A DNA stretch of 64,000 nucleotides from Mobula hypostoma. Taxonomy: Eukaryota. Both the position numbers and the translations under genes were made by a program. This document shows, piece by piece, positions 13,048-24,354 of the stretch. The stretch is from positions 97,838,001 through 97,902,000 of the forward strand of contig NC_086107.1 of assembly GCF_963921235.1 (NCBI RefSeq), in the 5' to 3' direction. The first letter of the stretch is position 1. Each line of letters begins with the position of its first letter. Under the pieces are notes generated by a model, which did not search any database, was not told the origin of the DNA, and worked only from the letters and a program-made list of their open reading frames with translations.

Positions 13048-13340
13048 CATATATATGTGTGTGTGTGTGTATATATAGAAATATATATACAGACTTGGCA
13101 CAGTACTGTATTTGTCAATGTGGGGTGGAGAGTGAGTTTGTAAATCTAGCGGGAGCAAATGATGTTGGGAATGGTGAGGGTGAGGTGCCACAGATTGGGG
13201 CGGGGGGCGGGTGTGTGATAGGTGGCAGAGAAGGAGTGTCAGAGGCATGGGGTTGGTGCGGATGCAGACACACCCAGCCCCGAGACAGCAGGCAAGACAC
13301 CATTAGGTTTATTGATCTTTATAGAATGTGTCTCTGGTGA
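12965..13340 (-). mobile_element. Partial composite Tc1-type MITE with an internal (CA)n/(TA)n/(TG)n microsatellite (about 12989-13090)
   Basis: tacagtactgtgcaaaagtcttaagcac...gcacagtactgta, followed by the reverse complement of the body seen at 58926-59448. Confidence 0.75.
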
Positions 13341-13389
13341 TTCCCATCCCCCCGCCTTCGTACATGCTCAGCAAAGGAGGTCTGGAAGG

Positions 13390-13956
13390 AGACCTGACGT
13401 AGATTGGGAGGCTGCTTCACCGAGCACCTATACTCCATCCGCCAAAAAAAGCACAATTTCCCAGTGGCCACCCATTTTAATTCTACCCATTCCCGTTCCG
13501 CAATGAGGCCACACTCAAGTTGGAGGAGCAACACCTTATATTCTGTCTGGATAGCCTCCAACTTGATGGCCTAAACATCGATTTCTTGAACTTCCTGTAA
13601 TGCCCCCCTCTCCTTCACCATTTCCTATTCCCAATTCCCTCTCTCATCTTATCTCCTTACCTGCCCATCACCTCCTGCTGATGCTCCTCCCCTTTCCCTT
13701 TCTTCCATGGCCTTCTGTCCTCTCCTATCGGATTCCCCCTTCTCCAGCTCTCTTTCACCAATCAATTTCCCAGCTCTTTACTTCACCCCCTTCCCCTCTC
13801 CTGTCACCTACCACCTTGTACTTCTTCCTCCCCTCCCCCAGCTTCTTACTCTGACTTCTCATCTTTTTTCTCCAGTCCTGAAACATCAACTGTTTACTCT
13901 TTTCCATAGAGGCTGCATGGCCTGCTGAGTTCCTCCAGCGTTTTGTGAGTGTTGCT
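13390..13956 (+). mobile_element. Penelope-like element 3' fragment (older subfamily)
   Basis: Frameshifted remnants of ...RLG.CF.EH...PVATHFNS...EQHLIF.L..LQ.DG.NIDF; ribozyme region partly deleted. Confidence 0.8.
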
Positions 13957-14063
13957 CCACAGGATCTACACTAAGCTTGGACCTGACCTGCATGGCTGGG
14001 TCTGGTCTGGTTAGGTAGCCAAGTTCTAATTTGTCTGCTAATTTGACTATTTCTTCGTTTCAG

Positions 14064-14207
14064 ATTGAAAAAGACCTGCTGCGCACAATGCCAAGTAACA
14101 CATGTTTCTCCAACATGGACAGCATTGGTGTTCCAAGATTACGGCGAATCCTACGTGGGCTGGCATGGCTATATCCAGAGATTGGTTACTGCCAGGGAAC
14201 AGGAATG
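14064..14207 (+). CDS. SGSM3: SGSM3 coding exon D (144 nt, phase 0-0): [10 protein letters not shown]...[12 protein letters not shown] (TBC catalytic fingers)
   Basis: Acceptor ttcgtttcag, donor ATG|gtatga; the IxxDxxR arginine finger and the YxQ glutamine finger are both intact. Confidence 0.97.
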
Positions 14208-15295
14208 GTATGAGCTTTTCCTCCATATTCTTGATATCCTTATTGGCTGAGATTGGTGGAGGTTTATTTGCCTAGAACCCTTACACAGATCAATATTTTG
14301 TAGTATACTTCCCTTGGTCCCATGGTCAAACTTTATCTAGTAGTCTGACTTCCACTCTAGTCCATTGCAGACCATCCCTTTTATTCTGACTAACCCATGT
14401 CTTTGTCCATTCTCCTCCATCCTAAATTCCCAATGCTCCACGCTCGCTATTACTTCATGCAAGCAGAACCACCTGTGCCATTAGGAAATATTACAGGGAT
14501 TATATTCATTTTATATATATCAGGAACAGGAACAGTTAGTACCTCTCAACTATCTTGAACCAAAGAGGATAACCACTTGCCCCATCATTGAAATGTTCTC
14601 ACAGCCTACGGACTCACTTTCAGGGAATCTTCATCTCATGTTCTTGATATTTATTGCTTATTTATTTATTATTATTATTTCATTCTTTTTTACTTCTTTC
14701 TTTACCTCTGGTTCAAACGTATTCAAATATCTTTTACCTCTGGTTCAAGTGTATCCAGACTCTCCTTTCACAGCCTTTTCAAAGATAGAGTTGGACGGTT
14801 TATTGTGTTTTGCATATTGGTTGAACACCCAAGTTAGTGTGGTCTTCCATTGATTCTGTTTTGGTTGTTCTTCTATTATGGAGTTATTGAGTATGCTGCA
14901 AGAGAATGAATCTCAGAGTTGGATATGGTGACTTATATATACTTTGATAATAAATTTACTTTGAAATTCGAACTTGGACCTACTAACCTAAGACTCCCAG
15001 ATGTCTCTGAACACTTGTACTCATTAGCGACAAACTTTTTAAATAATATTCTGTTTTTCTATTCTTTTTACTGAAGTGGATAGCAAGAAATTTACTCCAC
15101 CCACTCCCACTTTTGCCCATTCGTTGAACCTATCCACGTCCCTGTGCAGATTTGTATGTTCTCTCTCACAGCTTCCTTTCCCATTTGGTGCTGCAGGCAA
15201 GCAAACGTAATACCCTAAGAGTCATGGACTCTCTGTGTCTCCAAAAAAACTGCCTCATAGACGCTCCCCGTTATATCATCACTCACATATGTCAT

Positions 15296-15550
15296 GAAAC
15301 TTTTTCACCCGGAGAGTGGTGGATATATGGAATGCTCTGCCCCAGAAGGCTGTGGAGGCCAAGTCTCTGGATGCTTTCAAAAAAGAGATGGATAGAGCTC
15401 TTAAAGATAGCGGAATCAAAGGTTATGGGGATAAGGCAGGAACTGGATACTGATAGTGGATGATCAGCCATGATCACAGTGAATGGCAGTACTGGCTCGA
15501 AGGGCCGAATGGCCTGCTCCTGCACCTATTGTCTGTTGTATTGTCTATTG
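15296..15550 (+). mobile_element. CR1 3' fragment inserted in a fragment of the composite Tc1-type MITE (about 15272-15616)
   Basis: FFT.RVV.IWNAL..KAVEA CR1 C-terminus with a (ctattg)-type tail; the flanks match the MITE body and TIR. Confidence 0.75.
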
Positions 15551-16719
15551 TAAATTAGTTTTTTTTTGTGGCAGCAGTACAGTGCAGTGCATAAAATCAC
15601 TACAGTACTGCGCAAATTGACTTTAAAAGAGTGTCCCAGTTCTTTATGCTCCCACAAGAAGCAACATCCTCTCCACATTTAACTATTAAGACTCATCAGT
15701 TGCCCCTTTTGACTCCACTAAACTCCCACGGATACAAGCCAAGCCAGTCGAACCTTCCCTAATAAAGCCAGCTATTAGTCACGTTTCAGTGGCGGGGTGG
15801 AGATATGTCTCTACCAACCAGAGTGTAAGGCACTCCTTCCCTCCGCTTGCCAGCAGGTCACCCTTGAGCAGGGTCTAGCACCTGCTTAGACCACCCCACC
15901 AGCCCGATCGGGGTCATGAGAAGCCATGGGAGCACTGGTGCATATCGCAAGTTGTGGTTGTGCGATCACTAACTCCAGGCAGAGAGTCTCTGAAGAGTAT
16001 TGATAATGACTGGGGTCGCCCGTCTTATAAGGACGCTGCCCAGAAGAAAGCAATGGCAAACCACTTCTGTAGAAAAAAATTCCCAAGAACAACCATGGTC
16101 ATATAAAGACCATGACCACCCACGTCATATGACACGGCACATAACGAACGAACGAATGGTCTCCAATGTCATAACGATTCTGTGATTCCAAGGTTCTGTG
16201 TTCTGTTATGCATCATATTTGCCTTCCGAAGTCCGTATCTCACACTTCCTGGATTGAGTTCCATTTGCTGTGTTTTTTCTTCCCCACTTAACCAAACACT
16301 TGAGTTCTGATATGGAGTCTCGGATCCGAGAAGCTGACGCTTATCCTTTCCTCAGATGCTGCCTGGTCTGCTGAGCTTTTCCAGCATTTTCTGTTCTGGC
16401 TCAGATTTCATTGACATGTTTCCGTGAGCCTTGAGCTTTCTCCCTGCTGTCAACCACATTACAAGTTTTGGCATCATTGGCAAACTCAGGAACATCGATT
16501 TGGAGAGGCAATATTAAGCACTGTGGAACTAACACAAAATATTGTTTTAGAGGAGTGTGAAGTCAGAAGTTGGTTTACATAGACAAGAGTTCATAGAGGC
16601 ATACAGCAGGGAAACAGGCCCTTCAGCCCATCTGATCCATACTGACCAATATATCCCATCCAACCTAGTTCCAGTTGTTAATGTGTGGTGCATAATCTTC
16701 TAAACCTTTCTAATTTATG

Positions 16720-18051
16720 TATAATTCTGTGCAAAAGTCTTAGGCTCATATGTATAGCTGGCATGCCCAAGACTTTTGCACAGGACTGAAGTAATTTTAT
16801 GTATTACACTGTACAGCTGCAGCAAAAAAAAATCATGACATATGTGACTGATGATAAATCTGATTCTGATTTGGGTCTCTATTGTGGACGGAGAGTGGGA
16901 AGGGGGTAGGGAGAGGGGAATCATGGTTGGGAAAAGGGGAAGGGAGAGAGGAGGGAGCAGGAAGCAACAGAGAGACAATCTGTAATGATCAATAAACCAA
17001 TTGTTTGGAATCAAATAACCTTGCCTGGTGTCTCAGGGCTTAGATATGTCTGCACCCATGGCACCCCCATACCCATAGCACTCCTCTGCCACCTGACCCA
17101 CACCCCTCTTGCGGCACTCCACCCTTGCAATTCCCAACATCCTTTACTCCTGCCAGATTCACAAACTCGCTCTCCGCTCCATGTTGACAAAATGCAGTAT
17201 TGTGGAAAGGTCTTGGGCACCCTAGCTATATGTATGAGCCCAAGACCTTTGCAAGATGGACTTGCAGAAAAGGAGGACGAACTGGCCAACTTGGTCAACC
17301 ATCTTGAGCCTCCACAAAGTTTGGAATGGAAATAAGTGCCGAGAAAACCAAGCTCATGGCAAATGCCAACAGTGCCATCACAACAGACATCTTAGTCCAT
17401 GGTCAGAAACTTGAGACAGTGCAGCAGTTCAAATACCTGTGATGAAGAATCAAGACCAGAAGTCCTGGCAAGAACCGCACCGACAATGACTGCACTATCC
17501 AAACTCAAGACAATATGGAGGGACAGCAACATCACCATGAAGTACAAGATCAGACTCCTGCGTGCACTGGTATTCTCCATCTTCCTGTACGCATGTGAGA
17601 CATGGACCCTCACAACAGAGCTACAGAGGAAGATACAGGCATTGGAAATGATGTGCTATCGCAACATCTTGGGCGACTCATACTTGGACCACATCACAGA
17701 CGAGCAGGTCCGCAAAACCATCCAGCACCACATTGGCCCCCATGAAGACCTTCTCACAATGGCGAAGAAAAGAAAGCTGAGATGGTACGGCCACGTAACA
17801 AGATCCGGTGGCCTTGCAAAGATCGTTCTACGAGGAACTGTGGAGGGGAAAAGAAGGAGAGGCAGACGGAGGAAAAGATGGATGGACAACATTAAAGAAT
17901 GGACAGGGAAAACACTTGTGGTGACCCAGGCTCTGTCACACAACCGTGACAGATGGAACAGACTGGTGCAAAACTTGTCATGACGGCACCCCGACGACTC
18001 CACCAGGAGTTAAGCGCGCAAGGCAAGGCAAGACCTTTGCACAGCACTGTA
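16720..18051 (+). mobile_element. Composite Tc1-type MITE interrupted by an RTE LINE
   Basis: Same architecture as 58926-59448; the right terminal repeat is split at 17253/18029. Confidence 0.8.
17254..18028 (+). mobile_element. RTE-clade LINE, 5'-truncated, with a 13-bp TSD
   Basis: ORF 17399-17983 contains KIRLLRALVFSIFLYACETWTL and RKLRWYGHVTR...GTVEGKRRRGR.RKRWMDNI; (caagg)n tail; caagacctttgca at 17241-17253 and 18029-18041. Confidence 0.92.
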
Positions 18052-20490
18052 TATCCAACTGTTTTAAAATTTGTTCTTGTACCTGCCTCAACCACTTCCC
18101 CCGAAGGCTCCTTCCACATTTTGGTGCATGTTGCTCTTTGTGTAACAAAAAAATTGCCCCTCAAGCTTATATTAAATCTCTCCCCTCATAGCTTAATCCT
18201 ATGCCCTCTAGTTCTTGATTCCCCAACTCTGGGAAAGACTGAGTGCATTCACCTTATCTATGTCCCTCACAATTTTAGGCACCTCTATAAGATCACCTTT
18301 CAGTCTCTTACACTGCAAGGAATAAAATCCTAGCCTGTCCAGTCTCTCCCTATAATTCAGTCACTGGCAACATCCTTCTATAGATTTTCCACACTTTTTC
18401 CAGTTTAATAATATCTTTGCCATAGCAAATGGAGCACAATGCTCCCAGGCATGCAGATTGGTGTATTTGTCTGTAAATGCATTTGAAAGAGGTCAACACT
18501 CAGGGTGTCTGAAACTCCAAAAACATGCGGCAGCCTCCTTCGCTAACCTTATCTTTGTCAACTGGCAGTCCTGTTGTTCAGACCCGTTTCTCAAGTAAGT
18601 CATTAGGCCCATTTAAAATGCAAATATAATGACTCATCTCAGGATGTTGGCAGCAGCTCGTCCCTTGGAACCGAATGCTGCTTAGATAATTGTCGTTGAC
18701 TAATGGTGGCTTCGGGCAGCACTGTGGTACGGCTGGGAGGACTGGTGCCTCACAGTTCCAGCAGCTGAGTTCCCTGGGATAGCACAGGAGTTTCTCCGGA
18801 TGCTCCGGTTCCGTCCCACGTCCCAAAGACATTGGATTAATTGGCCGTTGTACTGTTGCCCCTAGTGCAGGTGGGTGGGCTGATGTGAGTGTGCTGAGAG
18901 CAGGTTGTAGGGGAATGGAATTGCTCTGTGTGCCGCCATAGACTCGATAGGCTGAGTGGCCTTGTACGCATTTTTTTAAAAATGATGGATATTATGTGGC
19001 ACTTATTGAGTTTGTGCTTTGTGTTAGACTGTTTCAAACAAAACAAGCTCTGTAGTTGAGACTATGGTTTAGCTCATGGCTGAGAAACAGCAGGCACCGG
19101 AAAGCCAGCTGCAGTTCAGCTGGACGACTCTCTTGATCTAGATAGAATGCATCCTGAGGCTGTGGAGGAATGCATGGGTGGAGAGATCCTATATCTTCCC
19201 AGCATCTGTGGATTCACTGGTGCGGTGCCTCAGAAGACTGCACGTTTTACTCACCTGTTTGAAAAGGGGTGTACTGATAGTTACGTGACCCACAAGCTTG
19301 GGTGGCAGGGTGGAGATGCGTCTCTACCAAAAGAGGTGTAAGGCACTCCTTCCCTCCGCTAGCCAGTCGGTCACCCTTGGCAACGCATATCACCTGCTTA
19401 GCCCCTCTGGTCAGGGTCATGCGAAGCTGTGGGATCAGGTGGTGGATGTTCATATGAATAGCTTGTGCATATCACAGATCCTACTTATGCGACCACTGAC
19501 ACCAGGCAGACAATCTCTGAAGAGTATTGATAACGGCTGGGGACACCCATCTTGTAAAGACACTGCCCAGAAGAAGGCAATGGCAAACCACTTCTGTAGA
19601 AAAATTTACCAAGAACAATCAAGGTCAAGACCATGATCGCTGACATCATACGACACAGCACTGAATGCTGATGATGTTATTTATAAAGGGTAGCTGCAAA
19701 CTTGTCCATTTGACCCCCACTAGTGGGGTATATTACAGAATCCATAATCAGTGCTGGAATTATCAAGTGCTTATTGATGAGAGGGAGTCAGCATAAAGCT
19801 GTTAGGTGACAAACGTGATAGTATTTGCAGCTTACAAACAAAATGTCATTGAAGGAAATGATGGGGCAGATGGGGGCTTGCTGAGCCTGCATGCAGCACG
19901 GTCGTCATCAAGGCCGTAGAATTGGGGATGCAGGGATAGAAGTTGGTTCAGAGGCAGAAAAATAAGAGAAGTAAAAGAGGGAAGTGTACAGTGGAGTTCC
20001 ACAGGGACAGGTACTACTGCTTTTCTGGATGCATATCTCTGACTCAGACTTGCGTGCATAAGCTACGCTTTCCAAATTTGTAGATGACACAAAGGTTGAA
20101 AGTGGAGGCAACTGCATGGCGGAGTGAACACCGTGCAAGAGGTCAAATGATGAGAAAAGTGAAGTGGTCCACTTTGTGGGACGGAATGGGCAGAGGAAAC
20201 GTTAATCAGAGGAAGCAATAGCAAAAGGGGGTCGAGGAGTGAAGTGAAGCCTGTGGTAGATGATGATGAAAACAGTGAGGTTTGTGGTTACATGTGTATA
20301 ATTAATTGAAGATGGCTGGTCAGATGGAGGAAGTAACCCAGGATAAGCACAGCCTGGGATAAAGGAAGGGGAGAGATGGGGCTGGGGTTTGAGGTTGCTT
20401 GAGGCCTTGTTGCCTTATTGTTTTTCTGTGGCAGCACAGACCTGGAGCTGGGTCTCAGAATCTGGGTCAGGTTTTTGATTGCTATAATAC

Positions 20491-21002
20491 TATGCTCAGT
20501 GGCCGCTTTATTAGGAAGCCCCTATACCTAATAAGTCTGCCACTGAGTTCACATTCATGGTCTTCTAGCCCATCTACTTCAAGGTTCAACCTGTGCGTTC
20601 AGAGATGCTCTTCTGCGCACCACCGTTGTGATGCGCGGTCACTGAGTTACCGTCGCCTTCCTGTCAGCTTGAACCAGTCTGGCCATTCTCCTCTGATTCT
20701 CATTCATTACCCACAGAACTGCTGCTCACTGGATGTTCTATTTTGTTTTCACATTATCCTCTGTAAACTCTAGAGGTTGTTGTGCATGAAAATCCCAGGA
20801 GATCAGCAGTTTCTGGGATACTGCACCAGAATCATCCCATGGTCAAAGTCACCTAGATCACATTTCTTCCCCATTCTGATGTTTGGTCTGAACAACAATT
20901 AAACCTCTTGACCATGTCTACATTGAGTACCTGCCACATGTTTGGCTGATTAGATATTTGCATTAAGAGCAGGTCTGCCTATTAAAGTGGTCTCTAAGTG
21001 TA
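20491..21002. mobile_element. Tc1/mariner-type MITE
   Basis: Ends ta-tgctcagtggccgctttattagg and cctattaaagtggtctctaagtg-ta (degenerate TIRs with TA flanks). Confidence 0.65.
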
Positions 21003-22471
21003 TATTGTGAATGTTGTTATTTTGTGACAGCAGTACAGTGCAAGACGTTTAAAAAATGACTATAAATTACAATAAAAAGGTGCAAACGAGGAATAGTGAG
21101 TTAGTGTTCATGAAACGTTCAGAAATCTGACGGCAGAGGGTAAGGAACTATTCCTGAACCGTTGAGTGTGAGTCTTCAGGTTCTTGGACCTCCTCCCTGG
21201 TGGTAGTAGTGAGAGGAGGGAATGCCCCAGATGGTGAGCATCCTTAATGATGGATTACACCACCCTGAGGCACTGCCTTTTGAAGATGTCCAGGATGGGC
21301 TGAAGGGCTTGTTTCTGCGCTTTGACTCCAAGCACACCTTCCTGAACTAGTGGTAATTTATAATAGCCAGCTAATATATGGACCAGCATTTGGGTGGGAT
21401 GTGGCAAAAGGTTGGTAAGCCCAGGGAAAACCCACAAGGTCACAGGAAAACGCCACTCCCGACAACATCGACCCTGGGCTACTGGATCTGTGAGGCAGCA
21501 GCTAGACCTACCATTCCACTGTGCCGTCCCTCACACTTAACAAGTGAATGAGCTGAGCTTTGGAAAAGATAGAGTGGTTCCATCCTTTGGCGTATTAGTT
21601 CCATTTCAGGTTTTGAAACCAGAGAGACGGAAGTGGTGCCAGGAACAGCTTGTTCCTATGAAATCCCTCATTTGTCAAGTCAAAAACTACATATGCTGAA
21701 AATCTGAAATAGAAAATGCTGAAGATACTCAACAGGTCAGACATCATCTGTGGAGAAAGTCGGTGTATCAGATCAATGAAACGTTGTTGACATTAACCAT
21801 TCTGTTTCTACTTCTCAAGTTCAAAAGTGTCGATATTCTCCATTTCTCTTGGCTAACACTGGGCAGTGGGCAACATTAACACAAGAGACACTGCAGATGC
21901 TCGAAATCTTGAGCAATACACACAAAACTTTGGAGTTTACTCAACAAGTCAGCCTGAAATGTCGACTGTTTATTCCCCTCCTTAGATGCTGCCTGACTTG
22001 CTGAGTTCCTCCAGCATTTTGTGTGTGGTCAACATGACTCCATTTTCACCACCACCTTCAGATTCCTAGATAGAGGAGAAAAATTAGGCCATTCAGCCCA
22101 TCAAGTCTATCCCGCCATTCCGTCATGCTGACTTATTATCCACCTCAACCCCATTTTCCTGCTTTCTCCTCATAACCTTTGACACCCTGACAAATCAAGA
22201 ACCTATCAACCTCTGCTTCGAATAGACTTAATGACTTGGCCAACATAACCGTCCATGGCAATGAATTCCACAGATTCACCACCCTCTGACTAAAGGAATT
22301 CCTACTTATCTCTGTTCTAAGTGATGTCCAACTATTCTGAGGCTGTGCCCTCTGGACCTAGACTCACCCATGAAAGGAAAATCCTCTCTATCTAGTCCTT
22401 TCAATATTCGATAGTCTTCAATAAGATGTCCCTCTCATTCTGCTAAACTTCAGCAAGTATAGGCCCAGAAC

Positions 22472-24354
22472 CATAGTTCCCTCTAAGCTGTGCGCATGCA
22501 CACACGTTTTTCAACCAGTGCACAAAGGAAATTAATATGCGCATAAAAGGTTAGTTACCTAAAATAATGTAGTAGCTAATAATTATACTTATTGAAAATA
22601 ATCTTTTAGCTAACTGTTTCTGTTAACTAGTTAGTCGGTTTTTCAAATACCACAATGCACGTCACTAATTTACGTCACCTCACCTATCCTGTTCCGGTTT
22701 GTACAGCTGCATCACAGCGGCAGCCATGTTTGGCGGACAGTGTTCATATCTTAAAGTTTACAAAGATCTGTTTCAAATCCTGTAGATAGCTTACTAAGTT
22801 TTTATTGGAAAAAATACTGATTCGCTATGTCAAATTCAAAAGAAGTGAAGGGCGTGAAGCGCAAAAGAATGGCAAATTTGTTTAAAGTTGAATGGCTTAA
22901 CAAAATAGTAGAAACTGTTACACCAAAAGCTCATGAGGTCATGAACGTTCAGCTACGAGAAATATTTATGTATGATTTGGAAACTGGAGTTACCTGTTTG
23001 TATTGTCGTGATGCAAAAGTTGCTGGAGAATTTGCTAGTGGAAAGAAGTGGGATGATATTTGGAAACTTGACTTTTTGAAGTGTCATTTAGCAAGTAAAA
23101 ACAGAACCCATCATTACCCGTTACAGGATTGCTGCGCATGTTACGGTTGAGTGCAGATGAGTGAGAGCGAAAACGATCAAACTCAGGAGATCAAAGTTGA
23201 GGTACAAGAATGGTCAGCTTTTGATTCCTCCACAATTGCAGATTGTGACTTCACATTTGGCGATGAACAAGTTAATGCCTTATGTCTAAAATATCATGAT
23301 TTTCTAGCTGAAAATATTGTAATGGTTAGACAGTTTAATGATTTCAAATTTTTCGTGCAAGAAAAAATTATATCCAAACCGATTTCAAACTTTTCTCAAA
23401 TGGTGGCATTTGTATTTCAAAATGAACAGATTTGCGACCTCGCACAGTTGATGGACACTGGGGGAAGCTTTCTTGCATCTAGTGCAGGCTGTGAGCGAGG
23501 CTTTAGCCAAATGAATCAACTCAAAAACAAGCTGAGAAACCGTTTAGGTGAATGTCATTTGGATATATTAATGAGAATCAAAAGCTATCAATGCAAAGGA
23601 AGTTCTATTAGTCGAGATAGAGTTTACAAAGAATGGGTAAATGCCAAAGACAGAAGAGGGAAAAAATAACTGAGTGACTTAAATATGATAAAAATTAAAT
23701 ATCTCCAACCTGATGGCATGAACATTGACATCTCTAACTTCCGTTAATGCCCCTCCTCCCCTTTGTACCCCATCCCTTATTTATTTATTATTATCATTGT
23801 TATGATTTTTTCTTTCCCCTTTTTTTTCTCTCTTTTTTCTCCCTCTGTCCCTCTCTCTATAACTTCTTGCCCATCCCCTGGACTTTTCCCCCCTTCCCCT
23901 TTCTTTCTCCCTAGGCCTCCCGTCCCATGATCCTCTCCCTTCTCCAGCCTCGTATCCCTTTTGCCAATCAACTTTCCAGATCTTAGCTCCATCCTTCCCC
24001 TCCTGTCATCTCCTATCATTTCGGATCTCCCCCTCCCCCTCCCACTTTCAAATCTCTTATTATCTCTTCTTTCAGTTAGTCCTGACGAAGGGTCTCAGCC
24101 CGAAACATTGACTGTACCTCTTCCTATAGATGCTGCCTGGCCTGCTGTGTTCACCATTATTTTTTGTGTGTGTGACTTAAATATGTATGTTATTTTGTTG
24201 TTATTCTGTGCAGTTTTATATCAAGTATTTTGTAAACCTACATAAACTGTCCCATGTGTGCATTCAGTGTGCACATACTTTTGTCACAGGAAAAAAAATT
24301 TGCACAACATAGATTTTTGCGCACACTGACTACTAAAAATTAGAGGGAACATTG
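22472..24354 (+). mobile_element. Internally deleted hAT DNA transposon (ZNF862/Tip100-like transposase remnants)
   Basis: 15-bp TIRs (catagttccctctaa / ttagagggaacattg, 13/15); 8-bp TSD cccagaac/tccagaac; ORF 22827-23150 resembles a TTF-type zinc finger; ORF 23151-23669 has the hAT C-terminal motif SSAGCERGFSQMNQLKNKLRNRL. Confidence 0.9.
23688..24171 (+). mobile_element. Penelope-like 3' fragment nested in the hAT element, with a 14-bp TSD
   Basis: Same family as 9963-10433; gtgacttaaatatg at 23674-23687 and 24172-24185. Confidence 0.88.

Noticed and set aside
12921..13340. ORFs with HTHTHT or VCVCVC runs
   Set aside because: They are translations of a dinucleotide microsatellite.
19300..19410. 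Possible HDV-like ribozyme at the 5' end of the 370-bp SINE-like family (GGGUGGC can pair with GUCACCC)
   Set aside because: I could not place P2, P3 and L3 in the required nested order, and the J4/2 segment is non-canonical.
19714..19727. 14-bp palindrome ccccactagtgggg as a regulatory site
   Set aside because: It is isolated, matches CTCF poorly and could plausibly occur by chance in 64 kb.
22827..23669. Domesticated ZNF862-like host gene nested in the intron
   Set aside because: It is bounded by TIRs and a TSD, inserted in a CR1, split by a stop codon and missing the central region, so a transposon relic is the simpler reading.
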